Sequence record: NC_070999.1
Reading direction: 5' to 3' (one strand)
DNA length: 64,000 nucleotides
The notes under the pieces were generated by a model, which saw nothing but the letters and a program-made list of their open reading frames with translations, had not been told where the DNA came from and did not search any database. Every line of letters begins with the position of its first letter. Positions within the stretch are counted from its first letter, which is position 1. A program made the translations under genes and the position numbers. Of this stretch, positions 19,357 through 28,108 are shown in pieces.

Positions 19357-19557
19357 ATGCCAAATAAAAATGGTATACATCATGTTGTTAAAGAGCCAGA
19401 TAGTAAGCTTTGGCCAAAGGTAACACTTTGCGGTAAAGAAGTTTGGTATCATGACATGCCAATTGGCATTGAACACGCTAAAGCTTGTGTAGAACAAGGT
19501 ACGTATCTTCAACCTTGTAAAAAGTGTATGAAGAAAACACCTAAAGAACAGGAGTGA
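19357..19557 (+). CDS. Small putative zinc-binding protein
   Basis: 66 aa from ATG 19357 (SD AAGGGG); IHH...LCG...CKKC ligand pattern. Confidence 0.65.
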   Translation: MPNKNGIHHVVKEPDSKLWPKVTLCGKEVWYHDMPIGIEHAKACVEQGTYLQPCKKCMKKTPKEQE

Positions 19558-19559
19558 TT

Positions 19560-20054
19560 ATGACTGATCGATTCAGTCAGTTTTCTCCAAAGGACGGTTA
19601 CTCCCAATCAGGGAGTAACTATTCTGGATCTAACTGGCGAGCACAACAACTTCCTAGCGAAGCTGTAAAGAACAGTGATGAATTGGAATATAAGCTCCAT
19701 CCTAAAGAGTGTCGGTTTCCATTGATTAATAAACACTTCACTGTTCAGATTAATACTAAAGTAGAATTAGAGTTTCTAAGTAACGTTGAACAGAATACTC
19801 CTTTTGATTATAAGAAATTTGGATTATCTATTCCAAGACAACTCATGACATTATTGAATCAATATAATATCGGAGATGGTTGGAGTTGTAATCCACAACG
19901 TGGTAACGGTGTTGCTGCTTTCTCTCTACTCTATTTTGGAGTAGGTTCCTTAACCCCAACACAATACCAGTTGAATCGTAAAACTCCTCTAGTGGCAATT
20001 GTAGAAGTCGATACGTTTAACGGTAAAGAGGTGTTAAGTCTTGCTGTGAGATAA
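19560..20054 (+). CDS. Hypothetical protein
   Basis: ATG 19560 with GGAG SD; coupled to its neighbours. Confidence 0.75.
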   Translation: MTDRFSQFSPKDGYSQSGSNYSGSNWRAQQLPSEAVKNSDELEYKLHPKECRFPLINKHFTVQINTKVELEFLSNVEQNTPFDYKKFGLSIPRQLMTLLNQYNIGDGWSCNPQRGNGVAAFSLLYFGVGSLTPTQYQLNRKTPLVAIVEVDTFNGKEVLSLAVR

Positions 20055-20056
20055 AC

Positions 20057-20629
20057 ATGACTATAAAAATACTCGGGATTGACCCAGGAACTAATAGCTT
20101 AGGGTGTGCAGCTCTTGAGTTAGATGTTTATAACAAGAAATCATTTAAACTAATTTATGCTGATACTATTCTAGGTCAGAATAATGAGTTTGGTGTTCAG
20201 AATGATAATCCTCATCAGGTAAGAGCTAAAGGGCTTACAAGAGTCTATTCTCACATCTTTGATATGATTGATCCTAATGTAGTAGCTTGCGAAGATAACT
20301 TCTTAGGAATCAATCCTGCTTCGTTTAAACGCCTTATCGAAGTAGTCTCGTACTTTAATATCCACACTGTGATGAATAAATCTGATTGTCCATTTAAACT
20401 AGTGCTACCGAGACTTGCTAAACAAATTGTTAAAGCGGATTTCAAAGGTAGCACTAAGGATGATGTAACAATTGGATTAAAGAACTGTCCTTTTTTAGAT
20501 TTAAATGGATTTGACTTAGATCAACTTACTGAACACGCTAACGATGCAATTCTTCTGGCCCTTTATATTGCAGTGCAATACTACAAAGATTTAGGGTGGG
20601 ATATTGTAAATGACAGTAAACAACAATAA
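20057..20629 (+). CDS. ruvC: Holliday junction resolvase
   Basis: ILGIDPGTNSLG, VVACED and HANDAILLA catalytic acidic motifs. Confidence 0.9.
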   Translation: MTIKILGIDPGTNSLGCAALELDVYNKKSFKLIYADTILGQNNEFGVQNDNPHQVRAKGLTRVYSHIFDMIDPNVVACEDNFLGINPASFKRLIEVVSYFNIHTVMNKSDCPFKLVLPRLAKQIVKADFKGSTKDDVTIGLKNCPFLDLNGFDLDQLTEHANDAILLALYIAVQYYKDLGWDIVNDSKQQ

Positions 20630-21266
20630 AGAAATCACAGATAAGAATGACCCAGCTTATTACGATTGGATTCCTGCTGTATTAAGATCTACAGCAGGAT
20701 TTAATTCTTGTATGACGGTTGCCGTTACTAGCTTAATTTTTATTATGACCATTTACCATGGCGTAATAGAAAATCAAAAAGGTTGGTTTAACGGTGTTCA
20801 AATGGTGTTGATGCTCTGCGGTCCGATCGTCATTGCATGGAATTTTTCTAATGCCAAGTCTATTCTCTCAACTGTACTAACAATAGATGAAACAGAAACT
20901 ATCGAGCAAACTAAGAAAGAGATAAAGATACCACAAACAGCTGGTGTGGTGACCGACAATGACATTGCTATTGAAAGAGAACTGTTTGGTCTAAGCACTG
21001 TTCTCATGAGAGCCATAGCTGGTTGTATTTCTGTCCACGTTATCTGTTTTGTTAGTATTGTTTTCACGATCACTATTAGACAAGCTGCGATAGATGGAAA
21101 AGTTCTACCAGGTGATATGGAAGTGTTACTGGCTGTCATTGGACCAGTGATTACTAGTTGGTCTTTTGTTAGAGCAGCCAATACCCTTGCTGTATTAATG
21201 AGTTCCGGTAGTAGTTTAATAAACCTTAGAGAAAAACTTGCAGATATCATCAGACCAAGTAAATAA
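20610..21266 (+). CDS. Four-TM membrane protein, candidate holin
   Basis: Two internally repeated TM pairs, each ending GPxxxxWxFxxA; basic C-terminus; adjacent to spanins. Confidence 0.5.
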   Translation: MTVNNNKEITDKNDPAYYDWIPAVLRSTAGFNSCMTVAVTSLIFIMTIYHGVIENQKGWFNGVQMVLMLCGPIVIAWNFSNAKSILSTVLTIDETETIEQTKKEIKIPQTAGVVTDNDIAIERELFGLSTVLMRAIAGCISVHVICFVSIVFTITIRQAAIDGKVLPGDMEVLLAVIGPVITSWSFVRAANTLAVLMSSGSSLINLREKLADIIRPSK

Positions 21267-21276
21267 ACATAAGACA

Positions 21277-21310
21277 TAACTCTCACTCTCCAGTAGGAGA
21301 GTGAGAGTTA
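21277..21310. terminator. Bidirectional hairpin terminator
   Basis: taactctcactctcc-agta-ggagagtgagagtta, 15-bp stem between convergent genes. Confidence 0.85.
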
Positions 21311-21323
21311 ACTTATTTTTAAG

Positions 21324-21746
21324 TTATTTTTCGTTCAAGTTAGTGATAATCAAATCAATATTCTTAATGAGTTTATCTACAACTTGATTCAACCCATTGA
21401 TTTGTTCACTAGAGACATCTAATTCCTTAGTAGTTGCAATAAGAATTAAACGAGTAGTTGCATAACAAGCATCTTTCGCTACTTCTTTAGTGCAGTCATT
21501 GTGTTCAAGGAATTGATTAAGTTTATCCATCCTGGATTCACGTTTCTTCCAGTCAGGAACGTAAACAGAACTTGGTACATCAGTTAGATTTTGTTTCAGC
21601 GCTACTAGCTGATCCTTGTAAAGCTGAAGCTTTGTCAACTCCGACTTCATCTCCACGTAGTTTCCCGCCGCTGATACTTTCGGTTGCGATGAGCAACTGG
21701 CGAGCGTAAAGATCATCAAGAGGACTGTCAATAGCCGTGTGATCAT
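21324..21746 (-). CDS. Outer-membrane lipoprotein spanin (o-spanin, Rz1-like)
   Basis: ATG 21746; signal peptide with lipobox MITRLLTVLLMIFTLASC; start lies inside the i-spanin gene in another frame. Confidence 0.75.
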   Translation of the reverse strand: MITRLLTVLLMIFTLASCSSQPKVSAAGNYVEMKSELTKLQLYKDQLVALKQNLTDVPSSVYVPDWKKRESRMDKLNQFLEHNDCTKEVAKDACYATTRLILIATTKELDVSSEQINGLNQVVDKLIKNIDLIITNLNEK

Positions 21747-22059
21747 ATCCGTATTTCTCATAGATACCTTTGTAACCTCGTTCAAGAAGTCGATTATTAA
21801 GGATCAGTTGTTGTTCCAAGTTAGCCGCCCACTCACGCTGTTTAACAGCAGCTTGTGTAATGCTATCTGTGGCTTTAGCAAACTTATCAACAGCAACAAC
21901 CAACTTATCTACCGTCTCTTGATTTAGTTTATTAGGATCTTCTCTAAAGAACAAAAAGAAAGTGAGACAAAACACCATTACCCAAATACCTAGAGTACTC
22001 AGTAGTTTAGTTTTATCCACTTCCCCAAGAAACGACAAGGGGGTTGGAATAAGACTCAT
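21580..22059 (-). CDS. Inner-membrane spanin (i-spanin, Rz-like)
   Basis: ATG 22059 with GAGG SD; single N-terminal TM (LGIWVMVFCLTFFLFF) then coiled coil; overlaps the lipoprotein gene. Confidence 0.75.
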   Translation of the reverse strand: MSLIPTPLSFLGEVDKTKLLSTLGIWVMVFCLTFFLFFREDPNKLNQETVDKLVVAVDKFAKATDSITQAAVKQREWAANLEQQLILNNRLLERGYKGIYEKYGYDHTAIDSPLDDLYARQLLIATESISGGKLRGDEVGVDKASALQGSASSAETKSN

Positions 22060-22060
22060 C

Positions 22061-23293
22061 TCATACCGCCTCAAACGTCACGCCAGAGATCTTAAATAAA
22101 TATCCCCTAGGAAGTACTCCAGGATCGCCTTGGTTGATTTCCATACTGTTATATGGACTACCAGCAAGATTACCTGAGGATTGAATAGGATAGTATCTAG
22201 AGATTCTGACATCGTGGTTTAACAAACGCTGTCCGATCCCATACGTTTTAATATATGGAACAGGGAACAGCCCATTATCTAGCACAATAGGATGTTGAAA
22301 ACGCTCCTCAGTGTGCAAGACATTAGGATAATTAAAAGTTGTCAATGGTACAACCTCTATTCCTAATGTAGGGTTGCTAACCAGTAGAATAAAAGAGTTA
22401 TGCATAGTTAATGCATCTTTCTTATACTGATCAAGCTTAGTAAAGTTTGTTAGTTTGGGAGTACGAGTAAATTCACGATAAACTTGATAATGCTTAACAG
22501 CATCAAACCCAGATAGATTAACCATGACGGTATCTACTCCGACTTGATAAACCATTTCACTATCAGTTATCAATTGACCATTAACTACCATCCAGATGGT
22601 TTTATTGTTAAGGTCTGTATTTTCAAGTTTTACTTTCCAACTTTTTACACCATTGCTATCATACTCAAAGAGATTATCCTTGGTAATAGGAATGGTTTTT
22701 AAATTACCTAGTTTCTCAAAGCTTAACGCAGAAGCTCTTACGTCACGTTTAAGCTTAACATAGTCGCTACCAGCACCCAGCAGATAAACACCGTCAGAAC
22801 GTCCTACAGAGCGATAGAAAACACCGTTTACATTAAAGAGTGCTTTATCAACCTGTTCATTGTAATTAATCCCACCAGTATACTTGTAGTGAGTTAAACG
22901 AATGTCAGGCGCTGCTTCAGAAATAAGGTCGTTTTGTCTATCCTTTGCAAGATTAAGGTCTGCTGGATAGTGGTAAAATCCGTGAGTAAATAACCGCTCT
23001 AGCTTAACAAATTTACGGTCTTTTCCAGGTATCAAAGGAGATTGTTTTAATACATCTCCTACCTTGGTATTTAACCATTCTTGAATAGTGATCAGTGGTG
23101 TTTTAGCAAAACTTAACCGATAGTCATCAAGTGTTAAACAGATCTTCGTATTATAAAGAGTATCTGTCGCTACAATGTAAAGTACATTGTAGAGTTTCTC
23201 TAGATCTCCAACAGGATAAGAAGAGATATTAACAACGTGAAATCCCGGTTGATAATCCTTAAAACGTCCCACTGCATATAAGTAATTGTACAT
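22061..23293 (-). CDS. Virion structural protein (probable)
   Basis: 410 aa, beta-rich, co-oriented with spanins, head-to-head with the tail-fibre block. Confidence 0.6.
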   Translation of the reverse strand: MYNYLYAVGRFKDYQPGFHVVNISSYPVGDLEKLYNVLYIVATDTLYNTKICLTLDDYRLSFAKTPLITIQEWLNTKVGDVLKQSPLIPGKDRKFVKLERLFTHGFYHYPADLNLAKDRQNDLISEAAPDIRLTHYKYTGGINYNEQVDKALFNVNGVFYRSVGRSDGVYLLGAGSDYVKLKRDVRASALSFEKLGNLKTIPITKDNLFEYDSNGVKSWKVKLENTDLNNKTIWMVVNGQLITDSEMVYQVGVDTVMVNLSGFDAVKHYQVYREFTRTPKLTNFTKLDQYKKDALTMHNSFILLVSNPTLGIEVVPLTTFNYPNVLHTEERFQHPIVLDNGLFPVPYIKTYGIGQRLLNHDVRISRYYPIQSSGNLAGSPYNSMEINQGDPGVLPRGYLFKISGVTFEAV

Positions 23294-23325
23294 GCATTTT
23301 CACCTTTTGATACAGAGGTTCATCT

Positions 23326-24087
23326 ATGACAAATAATACCTCGGCGCTACAAGGACAATTGGTTTATCCTTGGAACCCGTTCCAAGATCTAGCGAGTAAT
23401 GATATTAAAGGTGAGGTTCACCACATTCCCGCTAATGCAGCAGGAAGTATCATTATTCCTCGTTGTTCACCGTTATTCTCACGTAATGTAAAGATTAAAC
23501 AACTGGATAGTTCTAGAGAGTTATCCCTAGAAGCTGGTGATTACTCTTTTGTTTTCCCATTTGGTAATTTCATTGGTAAGTACAATCGACTGGTTTATGG
23601 TGGGATTGTAATTAACAATGTCTCTAGTCCCATTAACGTTGAAGTGGATTATTCTACTATTGGTGGAGACTTCGTACTTGATGAGATTAAGTACTTAGAA
23701 GCCGTAGCTAACGCTCAGATTGCACCGCGACGCGAAGATTGGGATAAGATTATTAATCTCCCAACCGAGTGGCCAGCAGATCCTCATCCTCATCCTGCTT
23801 CTGATACTTATAACTATCTTGACATGATCACTGTCATGCGTAGTTATATTGACGCAATGTCCGGTACTGAGAACCCACTAGCTGTACAACAACTACTGGA
23901 GGAACACCTCAAAGCTAATCTTCAATCTGCGCATAAAGCTGACCTACCATCACTCGGTGTAACTAACCTAGAAGACTGGAAGATGGCAACGGTTGATGAT
24001 CTTGCTGGAAATAGTACTGAGCTCCTAGTAAACGTCAATGTCCTCAAACAAGCTATTCGGGGATTTGCACAAGGTACTTGGAAATAA
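23326..24087 (+). CDS. Baseplate/tail-fibre-associated virion protein (paralog 1)
   Basis: WDKIINLP..PHPH and EHLKANLQSAH..LGV fibre motifs shared with the next three genes. Confidence 0.7.
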   Translation: MTNNTSALQGQLVYPWNPFQDLASNDIKGEVHHIPANAAGSIIIPRCSPLFSRNVKIKQLDSSRELSLEAGDYSFVFPFGNFIGKYNRLVYGGIVINNVSSPINVEVDYSTIGGDFVLDEIKYLEAVANAQIAPRREDWDKIINLPTEWPADPHPHPASDTYNYLDMITVMRSYIDAMSGTENPLAVQQLLEEHLKANLQSAHKADLPSLGVTNLEDWKMATVDDLAGNSTELLVNVNVLKQAIRGFAQGTWK

Positions 24088-24124
24088 TATCTCCGGTATT
24101 TTCTTTTAGAAGGATGTATCGTGT

Positions 24125-25399
24125 ATGATGCTAACTCCAGATGTACCTCGTTTTAAGTTAGACCTGGAGGGAAACTCTAAGTTTAACTTTATCCCAAAAG
24201 AGTATGGTAAACGAAGTAATGAAAAGAACAATGATATCTTTGTTCCTCAATTTGCTCCGTTTTACATGAACAGTTTTAAGATGTATTTCAAAACCGGTGA
24301 ACCAATGGTCCTTGATGAGGATTACGAGTTCTACGGGATTATGTCAAAGCTAACCGAATACACTGCTAAACCAGTAGGTTTGTTTGTTAAACTACTCAAA
24401 CCAGATATTACTGAATGGTACAGTAGTTACCAAGTAGTAGGTAACTTTAACAAAGTCAATGACGATATTATTCTGATGCTAAAAGCCATTGCTGAAGATG
24501 ATCGAACAGTTGACTGGAATAACATCGATGGTAAACCAGAATGGTTTAATCCAAAACTTCACCAACATGATCTTACTTATGAAATCTTTGGGTTTACTGA
24601 TTTGATTAATGCTTGGGAAATGCTCATTGATAAAGATATCCTTGGGAAAGGTAATCTTACAATGATGTTAGAGTCATTCGAAGAGAAATTAGATGTTTAT
24701 ATCAATGGATTTAAACAACAAACAGTTAAACTCCTAGAAAGACATAAAGCGAATAAATCAGATGCTCATGGTGTACAGAAAGATCAGATTGGTTTAGATA
24801 AACTGGATAACTTTAAAACAGCTAGCTTGAACGAGACAGTAGAAGGTAAAGCTACCGATCGACACATCACAGTTTATAATGCTGCTAAAGTGGCGACTAT
24901 GATGACGGGTCAGAATGCACGGTTATTAGATAGTGGTAAACTACCTATCTTTACCTTTGCTTGTGACCCGTTAGATCCAGTGATTACCAAATCTACTGTT
25001 CCGGGTGAATATGTTCTTTACTGTAAAGCTGTACCGATGTGTATAGTCGGCGGTAAACGTTACTCTATCCCTGAAACTATTATTGATATTACTGATACCA
25101 TTGCTAATCCAGTTAACAAAACTTTGTATGTTTATTTGAACTATAAATCAGGGTCTGTTAATTACGTTATTACTGAGATTGAAACTCAGGAAACAACTAG
25201 TAATGGATTAGTTGCATTGTTGACTTGTAATGCTTCTGGTATTAATTTCCTTGAGTGTTATGACAGGTTTACGATCGTTGGTTTGGGGATTACTGATGTT
25301 AGAACTGGTAGTGCAATTCTCGCTACCAATGAATCCATTTACGCCCAAACTAATGCGAGTAATATCTTTAATAAAGCGACTGACTTGTTACCAGAATAA
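24125..25399 (+). CDS. Baseplate/tail-fibre-associated virion protein (paralog 2)
   Basis: WNNIDGKP..HQH and HKANKSDAHGVQKDQIGLDKLDNF fibre motifs. Confidence 0.7.
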   Translation: MMLTPDVPRFKLDLEGNSKFNFIPKEYGKRSNEKNNDIFVPQFAPFYMNSFKMYFKTGEPMVLDEDYEFYGIMSKLTEYTAKPVGLFVKLLKPDITEWYSSYQVVGNFNKVNDDIILMLKAIAEDDRTVDWNNIDGKPEWFNPKLHQHDLTYEIFGFTDLINAWEMLIDKDILGKGNLTMMLESFEEKLDVYINGFKQQTVKLLERHKANKSDAHGVQKDQIGLDKLDNFKTASLNETVEGKATDRHITVYNAAKVATMMTGQNARLLDSGKLPIFTFACDPLDPVITKSTVPGEYVLYCKAVPMCIVGGKRYSIPETIIDITDTIANPVNKTLYVYLNYKSGSVNYVITEIETQETTSNGLVALLTCNASGINFLECYDRFTIVGLGITDVRTGSAILATNESIYAQTNASNIFNKATDLLPE

Positions 25400-25410
25400 C
25401 CTTTAATTAC

Positions 25411-25444
25411 TTAGAGAGTGCGATCTTTTGATCGCACTCTCTAA
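25411..25444. other. Perfect 15-bp intergenic hairpin inside a co-directional operon
   Basis: ttagagagtgcgatc-tttt-gatcgcactctctaa; no U-tract on the + strand. Confidence 0.7.
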
Positions 25445-25461
25445 TCACATCTGAGGTTCCC

Positions 25462-28050
25462 ATGAAAGATTTAAATATAGTCGATATTGACTATACGGGA
25501 TCCAATTCGGCTTATCGTAAGGAAGATCTTGTTGATACTTCTACTCTTTCCGGATTTTGGATAGTACCAGAGGAAGCGCCTTTTTATACTGATTCTCTTC
25601 GCATCTTAAATGGTGGAACATTTCTAACCAAAGGTGACGATTATGAACCAGTAGAACCAGTTACAGATTTAACCGAACTAACTGGTAAAAGTGTTTCCCT
25701 ATATATCGAGTTAAAACCGCATTTAGTAAACAACAAACACAACTTAGTTGTTATCTACCAGAAAGTAGGAAGTCCTGTCATTAGCCGTAAAGTCTTATTA
25801 AAGCTTTTCGAAGACATGGGAGTTTCTGGTGGTATTGTAGATTTCAATAAGAATGTAGTAAACGTTCCCGAAACTGTTCCCAGCGCTCATCACCTGATGG
25901 ATATCTCAAGCTCTGAGGAGATGATTGGTTTCGGTGGTCTAGTTGAACTCTTTAAACATTTTACTGCTGATGAACGTAGTAAATACTCGGCTGTTGACGG
26001 TTTACTGGAACAAACCCAACAAGACATTTTTACTCAATTAAATCTACAACATAAAGTACGTAAAGACCAACTGTTTACCCATATTCAAAATTACCTCAAT
26101 CCACACGGTTTAAAGCCAAGTGATATTGAACTAGGTAATTTGAGTAACTTTAGCACTGCTCATCCTCAGCAGGATTTGGATGGTGAACGCAGTGATCTTT
26201 ATTCCACCCCTTATGGTTTACGTAGAGTAATCGAAGAAACTGAACCAGAAACTGACCCCTGGGTACTCCAAAACGAACTCCCGATGAGTTTCTACGGAAC
26301 AGGTATTTACTTGCCACCTCCTATTTACTCTGGTGTAGTGGAATCTACCACCGAATATCAGAATGGGGTTTTTGTTAAAGAGGCTAATGGTTGGATCATT
26401 GGATTAGTAAAACGAGTATATGGCGGTGCTCGTGGTCTTTATTACATCCACAATGATAAACTTATTAATCGTTATAACAAAGATAAGTTTAGACATTCCA
26501 ATGAGAAATATGTTCACTCTCACTTTACTACAGTTGGTTTAACTCCTGACGCGGTGTTATCTGGCTCTGGTGATGAATTCCTTATTACACTTGATAGTGT
26601 CGCTAAACGTGGATTCATTACTCACAGTCAATCTAGTTTAGATCCTAGAAAACACAAGTATAAAGAGATTGATTTTACTTTAATCAGGAATGCAACTGGA
26701 ACAGAAGACTTTATTGCTAATTCTCATTTTGCTAAAATTGGTGATTACATTTATTTGTTTGTAAATACTAATCAAGTAAGTGAAGAACAAGCTTTAGGTA
26801 ATTATGTACCGGCTGGAACTGGTGAAGATGATCGTAGTCGTAACTGGACAACTAAGGTCTTTAGATTCCCTGTTAGCGAAGTAAGTTCTGGTGGTAGTTC
26901 TATTGTACCTACCCTGGTAACTTTGAACTACGATAATGTTGATCGTGTCAGACGTACTAACCAGAATCGTTTTAACTTGTGTAACCATGTTAAAGGTGAC
27001 GGAACTAAGTTACTCTCCTCATTGGTTAATTACAGTGCACCAGTTACTAATTCAGTTCTAGCTAAACGGCGTTCTTATTTCATTGTAGAGAACCCTAATA
27101 ACAAAACCCAAGCAAGAGTGAGAATTCTTGCACCACACTTCTGTAATACAGGACAAGGTGGTAAGTACTTTGTTATTGTTGTTGATTATCTCTTTGACAC
27201 CGTTACTAATACATTGACATTAGATCCTAATTGGGTGAAACCAACTCTGGATGTTGTTAATAACACGTTTACTAATCTCAATGAGCAACAGTATCTAAAA
27301 GAGATCGCTCTAGGGTCTCTAGAAAGCTTTTGTTTGAACGGAGATGAGATGACTAATAGTTGGGTAGTCGGATTCGGTCCGATCACTGTAACGTCGTCTC
27401 AGGGCCTTAGGGATCGCATGAAGAAAATCATTGATAATGCGATCAATGCTTGTTGGCCTAACTCTATTTTTGAACCTAAGTTAGATCTGGACGTGGTACC
27501 GCCTTTATCAGTCGTGTACTTACAAAGTAATCATTGGGACAATCATCTTCGTGATTACGAATCCATGGGATTACCGGTAAACCAGTTAAACGACATTGAT
27601 GACCTTAATAGTTTCAGTGAAGTTATGATTGTAGATAAAACTGATGAAGGAATTCCTATTCCGAGTTATCCTTGGGTACTTAGAGTAGGAGCGGATATGG
27701 AAGTGGTGTTTAATGGAATCTCTGTGAAAGCAAAACAGACCATGTTTAACTTAAGTGGAATCGCAACTGTTTATAAGAACACTGTGTTCTATTTATATTG
27801 CATGTTAAACGGTTCTACAGCTACTTACGAGATCACTAAACAACTTAGGTTCACTAACGGTACTCAACTGCTAGTAGCTAAAGTAACTACTAATGAAACT
27901 GGTATCAGTGGGATTGAACGTTACAGTCCAATTGCCATTTCCGGATTCCCGATTACTCGAGTACGTGAAACAGGCATTCCTGCCACTGAAGGATTGTTAA
28001 GTGAACCAGGTGAATACCAGTTCCTAAAAGCGTCAGAACTTATTAGCTAA
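25462..28050 (+). CDS. Tail fibre/baseplate protein (paralog 3)
   Basis: 862 aa; HIQNYLNPHGLKPSDIELGNLSNF motif; C-terminal domain similar to that of 24125..25399. Confidence 0.7.
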   Translation: MKDLNIVDIDYTGSNSAYRKEDLVDTSTLSGFWIVPEEAPFYTDSLRILNGGTFLTKGDDYEPVEPVTDLTELTGKSVSLYIELKPHLVNNKHNLVVIYQKVGSPVISRKVLLKLFEDMGVSGGIVDFNKNVVNVPETVPSAHHLMDISSSEEMIGFGGLVELFKHFTADERSKYSAVDGLLEQTQQDIFTQLNLQHKVRKDQLFTHIQNYLNPHGLKPSDIELGNLSNFSTAHPQQDLDGERSDLYSTPYGLRRVIEETEPETDPWVLQNELPMSFYGTGIYLPPPIYSGVVESTTEYQNGVFVKEANGWIIGLVKRVYGGARGLYYIHNDKLINRYNKDKFRHSNEKYVHSHFTTVGLTPDAVLSGSGDEFLITLDSVAKRGFITHSQSSLDPRKHKYKEIDFTLIRNATGTEDFIANSHFAKIGDYIYLFVNTNQVSEEQALGNYVPAGTGEDDRSRNWTTKVFRFPVSEVSSGGSSIVPTLVTLNYDNVDRVRRTNQNRFNLCNHVKGDGTKLLSSLVNYSAPVTNSVLAKRRSYFIVENPNNKTQARVRILAPHFCNTGQGGKYFVIVVDYLFDTVTNTLTLDPNWVKPTLDVVNNTFTNLNEQQYLKEIALGSLESFCLNGDEMTNSWVVGFGPITVTSSQGLRDRMKKIIDNAINACWPNSIFEPKLDLDVVPPLSVVYLQSNHWDNHLRDYESMGLPVNQLNDIDDLNSFSEVMIVDKTDEGIPIPSYPWVLRVGADMEVVFNGISVKAKQTMFNLSGIATVYKNTVFYLYCMLNGSTATYEITKQLRFTNGTQLLVAKVTTNETGISGIERYSPIAISGFPITRVRETGIPATEGLLSEPGEYQFLKASELIS

Positions 28051-28108
28051 TTGTAAATAACGAAAGGGGAGGTAACACTTCCCTTCTTCTTTAAAGGAGT
28101 TGGTCTTT

